Below, one piece after another: positions 26,095 to 38,601 of a stretch of DNA of 64,000 nt. Where the stretch lies: contig NIVC01002868.1 in the NCBI GenBank assembly GCA_002269645.1, forward strand, positions 62,001 to 126,000. The letters are read 5' to 3'. Source of the DNA: Macrostomum lignano (lineage: Eukaryota). The notes below the pieces were generated by a model. The model saw nothing but the letters and a program-made list of their open reading frames with translations, was not told the DNA's origin and ran no database searches. A program made the translations under genes and the position numbers. Positions within the stretch are counted from its first letter, which is position 1; each line of letters begins with the position of its first letter.

Positions 26095-26125
26095 GCCGCA
26101 GCAGCAGCAGCAGCGGAATAATTAA
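25764..26125 (+). CDS. Predicted 91-aa RGG + zinc-knuckle (CX2CX3HX4C) + polyQ protein; exons 25764-25842 and 25929-26125
   Basis: GTAAGT donor at 25843 and TTAACAG acceptor at 25928, phase 1 in frame. Product MKFTQNFFSGGGRRRGGRGGGHPRKP-M-ACYLCGGGHPVARCPDLADMRL(Q)n. TATA 74 bp upstream of the ATG. Confidence 0.55.
25997..26113 (+). repeat. CAG/CAA trinucleotide tract (39 codons, 38 Gln + 1 Pro)
   Basis: Direct reading. Confidence 0.97.
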
Positions 26126-27045
26126 ATTCAATTTGTTTGTGGAATTAACTTGATATGATTTCTTGATTTTTTTATTTATGTGTTTGAGAATTTAAAGAAT
26201 TCTAAATAAATAAAATAAATAATTCTGTTTACTGGATAAATAAGTGTTTCGTGTTGCTTTTTCTTACTCCTAAATGAAAATAAGAAACTTAACTGACACA
26301 GCTCATTGCTATGATCAATTTAGAACCTAAAATGAAGTTTTGGAGCTTAATTGAAAGTTTTTAACTAAACAAACATCCATATGAAAGTATGCAAAATAAC
26401 ATATCATAAATAAGGGAATTCAATGACAACTGATGAGTTTAATAATTGCTTTGTGAATACTTACTTACAAAGACAGTAGAGATGATGAATTCGCAGATTG
26501 CTCCGCCAACAAGACAGTATCATTGCACAGTTCATTGCATTTGACTGCAAGAATAATGGTGTCAATCCTACTGCTTGTTGGCTTGCTTTACTCTGCACTG
26601 CTGGTCAGAGGCATTCACTGGGGCAAGTTAAGTTCACGCACTCAACGTCACACAAAAAGCTTAGCTATCACAAGTCTCTAGGTTTGCTGAAGCTGCTTCA
26701 AACCTCTCTCTCATGGCTGCATACCCTCAGTTTTAGAGTGGAAGAACCTCTGAATCGTGAAAAAGCAGCGAACACGTTATTTCAACCACAATCTCAAGGC
26801 CCATTGATATGCAGCCAACCTGCTATATATTCACCTAATATTTACCTACATTAATTTCACTATTACTTATTAACTTTCATGGCACAACTAAATTGGGATC
26901 CGATTGTATCCGATCCTATTCTGGTTTGCCTTGATCCCAATTTAGTATGCAAGGATCCCAACTTAGTTATGCCAAATGATCCCAATTACGCTAAGCAATG
27001 ATCTTAGTTCTGTTATGCAATGAACCCAATTAGGCTAAGCAATGA

Positions 27046-28248
27046 TCTAGGATTGATATATAAGATTCTGTGAATTTAGGATTGGGATCTAAGAGATTCT
27101 ATGAATTTAGGATTGGGATCTAAGAGATTCTATGAATTTAGGATTGGGATTTAAGAGATTCTATGAATTTAGGATTGGAATCTAATAGATTCTGTGAATT
27201 TAGCATTGGGATCTAAGAGATTCTGTGAATTTAGGATTGGGATCTAAGAGATTCTATGAATTTAGGATTGGGATCTAAGAGATTCTAAGAATTTAGGATT
27301 GGGATATAAGAGATTCTATGAATTTAGGATTGGGATCTAAGAGATTCTCTGAATTTAGCATTGGGATCTAAGAGATTCTGTGAATTTAGGATTGGGATCT
27401 AAGAGATTCTAAGAATTTAGCATTGGGATCTAAGAGATTCTATGAATTTAGGATTGGGATCTAAGAGATCCATGAATTTAGGATTGGGATCTAAAAGACT
27501 CTGTGAATTTAGGATTGGGATCTAAGAGATTCTATGAATTTAGGATTGGGATCTAAGAGATTCAATGAGATTAGGATTGGGATCTAAGAGATTCAATGAA
27601 TTTAGGATTGGGATCTAAGAGATTCTATGAATTTAGGATTGGGATCTAAGAGATTCAATGAGATTAGGATTGGGATCTAAGAGATTCAATGAATTTAGGA
27701 TTGGGATATAAGAGATTCTGTGAATTTAGGATTGGGATCTAAGAGATTCTGTGAATTTAGGATTGGGATCTAAGAGATTCTGTGAATTTAGGATTGGGAT
27801 CTAAGAGATTCAATGAATTTAGGATTGGGATCTAAGAGATTCTATGAGATTAGGATTGGGATCTAAGAGATTCTATGAGATTAGGATTGGGATCTAAGAG
27901 ATTCTATGAATTTAGGATTGGGATATAAGAGATTCTATGAATTTAGGATTGGGATCTAAGAGATTCTGTGAATTTAGGATTGGGATCTAAGAGATTCTAT
28001 GAATTTAGGATTGGGATCTAAGAGATTCTGTGAATTTAGGATTGGGATCTAAGAGATTCTGTGAATTTAGGATTGGGATATAAGAGATTCTATGAGTTTA
28101 GGATTGGGATCTAAGAGATTCTATGAATTTAGGATTGGGATCTAAGAGATTCTGTGAATTTAGGATTGGGATCTAAGAGATTCTGTGAATTTAGGATTGG
28201 GATATAAGAGATTCTATGAATTTAGGATTGGGATCTAAGAGATTCTAA
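27046..28248. repeat. 31-bp minisatellite, copy 2 (longer)
   Basis: Same unit as 22745-23145. Confidence 0.97.
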
Positions 28249-28669
28249 GGTTTGAAAGATGAAAGTTTGTGAATTTGGATGTCTGAAGAATCAGATAAGG
28301 TGCCCTTGAGCCAAACTATTACAGGCTATTTATCATCCAGTGGGCTGAATTGGAGCTTATCTTAAGACGCAGGGTAGAAACTGAAAAATCGATAAAGAAG
28401 AAAGGGGTCTAAATCTAAAAAACCTGTGATTTGGGGTGTGGGCTCTCCAGGCCCGTGTGTCCAAATTCCGGGGCAGAGGGCTCACAATGTACACTGGTCT
28501 GCGCCAGCCAGTGAAAAAAACTGTGAATGTAATCTATTTATGACTGTCTCGCCAGTGGGTTGATACAGCTATGTACTTTTGACATAGTGAAATTCTTATC
28601 AGAGTTACCAGTATCACTGATATCAGTGATACCATCAATATCAGTGATAATCAGTATCACTTTTAACAA

Positions 28670-29130
28670 AACTGGTTTTGCAATGATTCAAACTCTGGTT
28701 TAGCCATGATTCAAACTCTGGTTTAGCCATGAGTCAGACTCTCGTTTAGCCATGATTCAAACTCTGGTTTAGCCATGATTCAAACTCTGGTTTAGCCATG
28801 AGTCAGACTCTCGTTTAGCCATGATTCAAACTCTGGTTTTGCCATGATTCAAACTTTGGTTTAGTCATGATTCAAACGATGGTTTAGCCATGACTTAAAC
28901 TCTGGTTTAGCCATGATTCAAACAATGGTTTAGCCATGATTCAAACACTGGTTTTAGCCATGATTCAGACTCTGGTTTAGCCATGATTCAAACACTGGTT
29001 TTAGCCATGATTCAGACTCTGGTTTAGCCATGATTTAAACTCTGGTTTAGCCATGATTCAGACTCTGGTTTAGCCATGATTTAAACTCTGGTTTAGTCTG
29101 ATTCAAGCTCTATTTTTGCAATGATTCAAA
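28670..29130. repeat. 23-bp satellite (TGATTCAAACTCTGGTTTAGCCA) adjacent to the family C 5' module
   Basis: Direct tandem units. Confidence 0.93.
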
Positions 29131-29217
29131 GTCAGATAATATTTTATTTACGAAGTGAATGAAAAAAATAAATTTAAATAATCTTCAATCACTACTGGCT
29201 GAAATTTGACGCAGTGC

Positions 29218-29272
29218 AGAATCGAACCCTAGCCGAGCCTATAACCAATTCCTAGTGCCTACACATCGGCTA
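29218..29272 (-). promoter_or_regulatory. tRNA-like A-box/B-box pair in Helitron C
   Basis: Minus strand TAGCCGATGTG, 33 nt, GGTTCGATTCT. Confidence 0.5.
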
Positions 29273-29796
29273 TTCCATCATCTACAGTAGCAGTCCAGTC
29301 TGTTCGCATCTTTCTTGGCTATCTCTTTTCAATTGGAGAACATGAATTGTGGCCCTTATAATTCAATTCTTACAGCAAGTCAATTGGAGTAAAAAATTAT
29401 GACATAATCAATTTCTCAGTCAGCCAGAATCAGTCTCAATTTAAGTTGGCAATATGGTTACGCAATTTCATTCAAGTTTTGTGTGCATTTGTTCGGCACT
29501 GTTTTCAACTTGTTGTGATGCAATCTTTATCACAATCGGAATTCAGTCAGTCAGTTTTTTCTCTAGCATTCTTACAATGCATTTCAGGTCGAAAGAGCTG
29601 CTTGACCTTTGCAAAAAATCATGTTTTTCGAATATTTAATCCCTTTAACATTGAGCAATTTCTTAGCCAATATGCATGTACCGTCCCGGGAAAATTTCTG
29701 ATCGAATGGTGCAAGTTTGAAGAAAATCGGTTGAGCCGTTCGGGAGAAAATCAATTACAAGCAAGCAACCAAGCATTTCATTTTTAGTATATAGGA

Positions 29797-29848
29797 TTTT
29801 CTCTAATCGATTGCGTACAAACAAACAACTCATTTTTAGTATATAGGA
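29797..29848 (-). mobile_element. 52-bp stub of another Helitron 5' end
   Basis: Minus strand TCCTATATACTAAAAATGAGTTGTTTGTTTGTACGCAATCGATTAGAGAAAA, directly followed by the 5' end of element C. Confidence 0.75.
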
Positions 29849-32278
29849 CTAGCAATCTACGCCCCCCGTTGGGGAGCCAAAGAAATGCAATACACGTTTT
29901 TTTAATAAGCTACATGTATCCTTGAAATCTTAAAAAATCTCCTGTCAAACCTTGTAAGCCTTGACATGTCAGTAATCCCCCCACAAGCTTTAACATATCA
30001 ACTCCCCCCCTTGACATCTCAGCAATGCAATGGATTCCCAAATGAATCTCTTAACTTCGACATGAAGCTTCTTTTATTTTTTACATTACGCTTTTTTTAT
30101 CAGCGATCCCTCCCCTGAGGAGGCATCAAATAATGTAATAAAAAGTTTTCAATAAACTACATGTAGCTTCTGACTTTAGCTTTGAAATCTCATTTATACC
30201 CCCGTGAGCCTTGACATGTCAGCTATCCCCCCCCCCGTAAGCCTTGACATGTCAGCGATGGCCTCCATAAACCTTGAAATCTGAAAAATCCTCCGTTAAC
30301 CTTGAAACCCGATAAAATATAACCCTCAACCCACACCTGACCTAAACCTAACTTTAACCCAACCTAAAGCCTTGAATCTCAGCAATTCTTCTCCCCTAAG
30401 CCTTGACATTTTAGTGATTCCTTCTTTAAGAATCACAGCACTATAACGATTCCCTCGCTTTGACATCGTAGCAATTCCCAAATGAATCTTTTAACTTCGA
30501 CATGACTTTTCTTTTATGTATACATAGTGCTACTTTTATTTTTTACATGACTCTTCTTCTATCAGCGCCCCCCGTGGCGAGCCAACAAAAAATGTAATAA
30601 AAAAATTGAGTAAAGTAAATGAACTTTGAAGTAGCTTCTGACTGTTGCTTTGACATCTCAGAAACGCCCCCATAATCTCAGTTATTCTCTGTGAGCCTTG
30701 ACGTCTCAGTTTTTCTCCCCAGCACAGCATTATAGCTGCATTTAATTTTTACATGACACCTTTCATGTCTAACATGACGCTTCTTTTATTCTACCATGAT
30801 GCTTCTTAATTTTTTAAATGACACTTTCATTAGTTTTTAAAGGAGGCTTCTATGATTTTTATATGACGCTTCTATGATATTTTACATGACGCTTCTATGA
30901 CTGTTTACATGACGCTTCTATGATTTTTACATGACGCTTCTATGATTGTTTACATGACGCTTCTATGATTTTTTATATGACGCTTCTATCATTTTTACAT
31001 AACGCTTCTATGATTTTTACATGACGCTTTTATGATTTTTTACATGACGCTACTATGATTTTTACATGACGCTTCTATGATTGTTTACATGACGCTTCTA
31101 GGATTGTTTACATGACGCTTCTATGATTGTTTACATGACGCTTCTATGATTGTTTCATGACGCTTCTATGATTGTTTACATGACGCTTGTATGATTGTTT
31201 ACATGACGCTTCTATGATTGTTTACATGACGCTTCTATGATTTTTATATGACGCTTCTATGATTTTTATATGACGCTTCTACGATTTTTTACATGACGCT
31301 TCTACGATTTTTTACATGACGCTTCTATGATTGTTTACATGACGCTACTATGATTTTTACATGACGCTTTTATGATTTTTTACATGACGCTTCTATGATT
31401 GTTTACATGACGCTTCTATGATTGTTTACATGACGCTTCTACGATTTTTTACATGACGCTTCTATGATTGTTTACATGACGCTTCTATGATTTTTTTACA
31501 TGACGCTTCTATGATTTTTTACATGACGCTTCTATGATTCTTTAAATGACGCTTCTACGATTTTTATATGACGCTTCTACGATTTTTTACATGACGCTTC
31601 TATGATTGTTTACATGACGCTTCTATGATTTTTTAAATGACGCATCTATGATTTTTATATGACGCTTTTTTTAAAGTCTTTTAGTTTTCCTGACGTTGAA
31701 AAGCTTTAATTAAAAAAATTCCACTCTATGAAAATATGAACCATCGTCGCTGCATTTAGCAGTTCAGTTTGTTCACCTCTAGTCTAGCTCTTATCGTTTT
31801 GATAACATCAAATTTTGCACTTATATATATATAATTCAACAGTTTAAAATCCAAGCATAGAGTAAATTACACGAAGCAGTTATGACATAATCAGTTTCTC
31901 AGTCAGTCAGTATCAGTTAACAATATGGTTACGCAATTTAAATCAAGTCTGGTGTCCGCTTCCACACTGCATTTTCAATTCAAGTCGGAGTTACAATTCA
32001 GTTATGATGCAATCTATTTCAGAATCAGAATTCAACCAGTCAGTTTTTTCTCTAGCATTCTTACAATGCATTTCAAGTCGAAAAGTTTGCTTGACCTTTG
32101 CAAAAAAGCATGTTTTTCGAATATTTAATGCCTTTAGCATCGAGCAATTTCTTAGCCACGATGCATGTACAGTCACGGGAAAATTTCTGATCGAACAGTG
32201 CAAGTTCGAACAAAATCGGTCCAGCCATTTTTTCTCTAATCGATCACATAGACACAGACAGACCATTTTTAGTATATA
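29849..32278 (-). mobile_element. Helitron-like family A copy (5' TCC missing)
   Basis: 3' CTAG at 29852-29849 with hairpin; 5' module nearly identical to 8650-9295; starts TATATACTAAAAATGG. Confidence 0.85.
30840..31670. repeat. 23-bp family A satellite
   Basis: Same unit as 6670-8650. Confidence 0.97.
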
Positions 32279-35200
32279 CGAGGCCAACTCCTCCGATGGA
32301 GGAGAAAGGGGAAGAACTCCCATCACCGGAATTCCATTCCCTGAACTCCATCAGCTGAATCCCAAGACCCGAATATCATCTAACTGTTCTCCAAATCCAT
32401 CAAAATCCTCTCCGTGAAACTGAACACCATCGAAATCCTCTCCGCGAAACAGAAATCCTCTCCGTGAAACTGGACTCAATCGAAAGTTTCTCCGTCAAAC
32501 AACTTAACTCTCAGGATTCTGTGGTTAGGGTTAGGGTTAGGGTTAGGGTTGGAGCTTCACAGAGCTGCGTGTTAAAAGGCACCGATAATAAAACATTGAA
32601 CCAATTGAATCTATTGATTGCGCAACCGATTTCTCAGTCAGTCAGTATCAGTCTCAGTTAAAGTAAACAAAAAGTTAAGTTAACAAAAAGTTTGCGCAAT
32701 CTAAATCAACCCTCCAATACACAGCGATAGTAAGAATTTGAACCCTTCCCTAACTTTATCTATTACGTCTCGCAAAACTAAGTACAATCTTTGCAGAACC
32801 TTAAAAGTATGGAAACCATTTTCTTAATTCTGAGCTTTCTGTTTCCATATTTAAAGCAAACAACTTACATCCCTGAACTCAGCATTAAAATATCTTTTCA
32901 GCAATATAAATCTCTTCTCTCAAAGTTTAAAACTCGAGGTACAGTAAGCGTTTAAAATTTACTGATTTCCCGACTGCTTGCTAGAGAAGCTCGCAAGAAT
33001 TTCACTGCCAAGCTAATACACAGGGCGGCCTATGGAAAAAGGCGCCAATAATAAAACCAATTGAATCTGGACACATCCTAGTATCTATCTGTTGACACTC
33101 TACACTCTAGTGCTATGTACACTCAGCCCAAGCCCAACCCCCCATTCCGGGGGAAGCATTAAATTTAACTCAACCCCCCAACACGGGGGGGGTTATTTGC
33201 ATTGAACGCGGAACACGCGCACCCACCACCCCTCAATACACAGCGGCCCGCGGGCGGAGGTTGGGGTGGCTATTTTTACAAACTGGCTGCAGCCCCAGGC
33301 AGAGTGGCCAAAGAAGGTTATTAAGGGTTAAAAAAACAGTTTTCTGCTTTTTTAGGGATCTTAAAATGTAAAAATGAAAGATTAAAATAGCTATAAACCC
33401 AATCCGGAAAATTTGCAGTTTTCCCATATAAGTTTCAACGCTGACTTGCCAGTAGTTTAGGAGAAAAATTGCAACACACAAACAAACATCGCATCAGTTT
33501 TAGTATTAGGACGAGGCCAACTCCTCCGATGGAGGAGAAAGGGGAAGAACTCCCATCACCGGAATTCCATTCCCTGAACTCCATCAGCTGAATCCCAAGA
33601 CCCGAATCCCATTATCTAACTGTTCTCCAAATCCATCAAAATCCTCTCCGTGAAACTGAACACCATCGAAATCCTCTCCGCGAAACAGAAATCCTCTCCG
33701 TGAAACTGGACTCAATCGAAAGTTTCTCCGTCAAACAACTTAACTCTCAGGATTCTGTGGTTAGGGTTAGGGTTAGGGTTAGGGTTGGAGCTTCACAGAG
33801 CTGCGTGTTAAAAGGCACCGATAATAAAACATTGAACCAATTGAATCTATTGATTGCGCAACCGATTTCTCAGTCAGTCAGTATCAGTCTCAGTTAAAGT
33901 AAACAAAAAGTTAAGTTAACAAAAAGTTTGCGCAATCTAAATCAACCCTCCAATACACAGCGATAGTAAGAATTTGAACCCTTCCCTAACTTTATCTATT
34001 ACGTCTCGCAAAACTAAGTACAATCTTTGCAGAACCTTAAAAGTATGGAAACCATTTTCTTAATTCTGAGCTTTCTGTTTCCATATTTAAAGCAAACAAC
34101 TTACATCCCTGAACTCAGCATTAAAATATCTTTTCAGCAATATAAATCTCTTCTCTCAAAGTTTAAAACTCGAGGTACAGTAAGCGTTTAAAATTTACTG
34201 ATTTCCCGACTGCTTGCTAGAGAAGCTCGCAAGAATTTCACTGCCAAGCTAATACACAGGGCGGCCTATGGAAAAAGGCGCCAATAATAAAACCAATTGA
34301 ATCTGGACACATCCTAGTATCTATCTGTTGACACTCTACACTCTAGTGCTATGTACACTCAGCCCAAGCCCAACCCCCCATTCCGGGGGAAGCATTAAAT
34401 TTAACTCAACCCCCAACACGGGGGGGGGTTATTTGCATTGAACGCGGAACACGCGCACCCACCACCCTCAATACACAGCGGCCCGCGGGCGGAGGTTGGG
34501 GTGGCTATTTTTACAAACTGGCTGCAGCCCCAGGCAGAGTGGCCAAAGAAGGTTATTAAGGGTTAAAAAAACAGTTTTCTGCTTTTTTAGGGATCTTAAA
34601 ATGTAAAAATGAAAGATTAAAATAGCTATAAACCCAATCCGGAAAATTTGCAGTTTTCCCATATAAGTTTCAACGCTGACTTGCCAGTAGTTTAGGAGAA
34701 AAATTGCAACACACAAACAAACATCGCATCAGTTTTAGTATTAGGACGAGGCCAACTCCTCCGATGGAGGAGAAAGGGGAAGAACTCCCATCACCGGAAT
34801 TCCATTCCCTGAACTCCATCAGCTGAATCCCAAGACCCGAATCCCATTATCTAACTGTTCTCCAAATCCATCAAAATCCTCTCTGAGAAACTGAACACGA
34901 TCGAAATCCTCTCCGCGAAACAGAAATCCTCTCCGTGAAACTGGACTCAATCGAAAGTTTCTCCGTCAAACAACTAAACTCTCAGGATTCAGTGGTTAGG
35001 GTTAGGGTTAGGGTTGGAGCTGCACAGAGCTGCGTGTTGAAAAGGTCCGATAAAAAATGAGATAATTGAATCAAAAGATTGCGCAATTTACGCTCGTATT
35101 TCTAAGTCAGTCAGTATCAGTCTCAGTTAAAGTTAACAAAAATATTGCGCAATCTAAATCAACCCTCCATCCAATACACAGCGACCGACCCCCTTCCAAT

Positions 35201-38200
35201 ACGCAGTGGCAATTAGAAATTGAACCCCCCCCCCAACTGTTGGGGGTCAGTCGAACACCATTGAACTCCTAAAATGAGTACAATCTTTGCAATAAGTTAA
35301 AAGTATGGAAATAGTTTTTCCAATGCAGAGCATTTAGTTTTCATATTTAAAGCAAACAATTTATATCCCCGAACTCAGCGTTGCAAGTTCTTTCCAGCAA
35401 TATAAGTCTCTCCTCTCAAAGTTAAAAACTCCAGCAACAGTCTGAGTTTGAAATTTGCCGATTTATAGCATTGCAATATTGAGTGTACGTTCATACGTTC
35501 ACTGCCTGCTAAAGAGGCCCGCAAGTTTATTCATTGAATTTCACTGTCTAACCAATGCACAGGGCAGTCAATTGAAAGGCGCTGATAATAAAACCAATTG
35601 AATCTCAGCACAATAGCCATATAATTGCGCTTACTTACCCACCACCCCACGAAATACACACAGTTCAATTTTTCAGCCGGGGTCCGCTTGTACACACGCT
35701 GCCACTGAGAACGCGACCAACCCCCACTGGCGAGAAAATACACTACAGAGATAGGAGAAAGTTGTGGCGCAATCGCTCAAAATCATGCAAATTTTCGGCT
35801 CCGAGCAGAAAAAGTGTCCAGAGAAGGTTAGGAAATCAGTTTTCTGCTTTTTTAGGGATCTTAAAATGTGAAAATAAAAAATTGAAATAGCCCACTGCAG
35901 TCCCCGGAAAATTTGCAGTTTCCCCATATAAGTTTCAACGCTGACTTGCAAGTATTCTAGGAGGAGTTATGCAACACACAAACAAACAGACAAACAAACA
36001 AACAATCATCGCACCAACTTTAGTATTAGGACGAGGCCAACTCCTCCGATGGAGGAGAAAGGGGAAGAACTCCCATCACCGGAATTCCATTCCCTGAACT
36101 CCATCAGCTGAATCCCAAGACCCGAATCCCATTATCTAACTGTTCTCCAAATCCATCAAAATCCTCTCTGTGAAACTGAACACGATCGAAATCCTCTCCG
36201 CGAAACAGAAATCCTCTCCGTGAAACTGGACTCAATCGAAAGTTTCTCCGTCAAACAACTAAACTCTCAGGATTCAGTGGTTAGGGTTAGGGTTAGGGTT
36301 GGAGCTGCACAGAGCTGCGTGTTGAAAAGGTCCGATAAAAAATGAGATAATTGAATCAAAAGATTGCGCAATTTACGCTCGTATTTCTAAGTCAGTCAGT
36401 ATCAGTCTCAGTTAAAGTTAACAAAAATATTGCGCAATCTAAATCAACCCTCCATCCAATACACAGCGACCGACCCCCTTCCAATACGCAGTGGCAATTA
36501 GAAATTGAACCCCCCCCCAACTGTTGGGGGGTCAGTCGAACACCATTGAACTCCTAAAATGAGTACAATCTTTGCAATAAGTTAAAAGTATGGAAATAGT
36601 TTTTCCAATGCAGAGCATTTAGTTTTCATATTTAAAGCAAACAATTTATATCCCCGAACTCAGCGTTGCAAGTTCTTTCCAGCAATATAAGTCTCTCCTC
36701 TCAAAGTTAAAAACTCCAGCAACAGTCTGAGTTTGAAATTTGCCGATTTATAGCATTGCAATATTGAGTGTACGTTCATACGTTCACTGCCTGCTAAAGA
36801 GGCCCGCAAGTTTATTCATTGAATTTCACTGTCTAACCAATGCACAGGGCAGTCAATTGAAAGGCGCTGATAATAAAACCAATTGAATCTCAGCACAATA
36901 GCCATATAATTGCGCTTACTTACCCACCACCCCACGAAATACACACAGTTCAATTTTTCAGCCGGGGTCCGCTTGTACACACGCTGCCACTGAGAACGCG
37001 ACCAACCCCCACTGGCGAGAAAATACACTACAGAGATAGGAGAAAGTTGTGGCGCAATCGCTCAAAATCATGCAAATTTTCGGCTCCGAGCAGAAAAAGT
37101 GTCCAGAGAAGGTTAGGAAATCAGTTTTCTGCTTTTTTAGGGATCTTAAAATGTGAAAATAAAAAAATTGAAATAGCCCACTGCAGTCCCCGGAAAATTT
37201 GCAGTTTCCCCATATAAGTTTCAACGCTGACTTGCAAGTATTCTAGGAGGAGTTATGCAACACACAAACAAACAGACAAACAAACAAACAATCATCGCAC
37301 CAACTTTAGTATTAGGACGAGGCCAACTCCTCCGATGGAGGAGAAAGGGGAAGAACTCCCATCACCGGAATTCCATTCCCTGAACTCCATCAGCTGAATC
37401 CCAAGACCCGAATCCCATTATCTAACTGTTCTCCAAATCCATCAAAATCCTCTCTGAGAAACTGAACACGATCGAAATCCTCTCCGCGAAACAGAAATCC
37501 TCTCCGTGAAACTGGACTCAATCGAAAGTTTCTCCGTCAAACAACTAAACTCTCAGGATTCAGTGGTTAGGGTTAGGGTTAGGGTTGGAGCTGCACAGAG
37601 CTGCGTGTTGAAAAGGTCCGATAAAAAATGAGATAATTGAATCAAAAGATTGCGCAATTTACGCTCGTATTTCTAAGTCAGTCAGTATCAGTCTCAGTTA
37701 AAGTTAACAAAAATATTGCGCAATCTAAATCAACCCTCCATCCAATACACAGCGACCGACCCCCTTCCAATACGCAGTGGCAATTAGAAATTGAACCCCC
37801 CCCCCAACTGTTGGGGGTCAGTCGAACACCATTGAACTCCTAAAATGAGTACAATCTTTGCAATAAGTTAAAAGTATGGAAATAGTTTTTCCAATGCAGA
37901 GCATTTAGTTTTCATATTTAAAGCAAACAATTTATATCCCGAACTCAGCGTTGCAAGTTCTTTCCAGCAATATAAGTCTCTCCTCTCAAAGTTAAAAACT
38001 CCAGCAACAGTCTGAGTTTGAAATTTGCCGATTTATAGCATTGCAATATTGAGTGTACGTTCATACGTTCACTGCCTGCTAAAGAGGCCCGCAAGTTTAT
38101 TCATTGAATTTCACTGTCTAACCAATGCACAGGGCAGTCAATTGAAAGGCGCTGATAATAAAACCAATTGAATCTCAGCACAATAGCCATATAATTGCGC

Positions 38201-38601
38201 TTACTTACCCACCACCCCACGAAATACACACAGTTCAATTTTTCAGCCGGGGTCCGCTTGTACACACGCTGCCACTGAGAACGCGACCAACCCCCACTGG
38301 CGAGAAAATACACTACAGAGATAGGAGAAAGTTGTGGCGCAATCGCTCAAAATCATGCAAATTTTCGGCTCCGAGCAGAAAAAGTGTCCAGAGAAGGTTA
38401 GGAAATCAGTTTTCTGCTTTTTTAGGGATCTTAAAATGTGAAAATAAAAAATTGAAATAGCCCACTGCAGTCCCCGGAAAATTTGCAGTTTCCCCATATA
38501 AGTTTCAACGCTGACTTGCAAGTATTCTAGGAGGAGTTATGCAACACACAAACAAACAGACAAACAAACAAACAATCATCGCACCAACTTTAGTATTAGG
38601 A
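32279..38601 (-). mobile_element. Tandem array of five ~1.23-1.29 kb Helitron-like family D units (32279-33511, 33512-34746, 34747-36031, 36032-37317, 37318-38601)
   Basis: Each unit on the minus strand starts TCCTAATACTAAA plus a TTTG microsatellite and ends in hairpin CTCCTCC-ATC-GGAGGAG + TTGGC + CTCG. Junctions read CTCG|TCC, and each unit has (TTAGGG)3-4. Confidence 0.8.

Larger units (their letters stand above)
17227..29796 (-). mobile_element. Large cargo-bearing Helitron-like element, family C
   Basis: 5' A|TCCTATATACTAAAAATG at 29796 with the shared 5' module; 3' hairpin GCTCCCC-GAA-GGGGGGC + CTAG at 17230-17227. That the whole span is one element is an inference. Confidence 0.65.

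Noticed and set aside
25897-26153. PolyAla, polyLeu or polySer ORFs
   Set aside because: They are alternative frames of the CAG tract; only the polyQ frame carries a knuckle and matching splice sites.
26498-26854. 118-aa ORF in the 442-bp duplicated block as a gene
   Set aside because: It has a non-ATG start and no recognisable domain, and the start is not conserved at the 18630 copy.
28612-28631. Perfect 20-bp palindrome TATCACTGATATCAGTGATA as an operator or terminus
   Set aside because: It is embedded in a local ATCAGTGATA micro-duplication, with no associated boundary or TSD.
17227-29796. Autonomous Helitron (RepHel)
   Set aside because: No HUH Rep or PIF1 helicase motifs were found in any long ORF in the window.
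32525-32548. True chromosome end or telomere
   Set aside because: Tracts are only 3-8 units long and internal to repeated elements.
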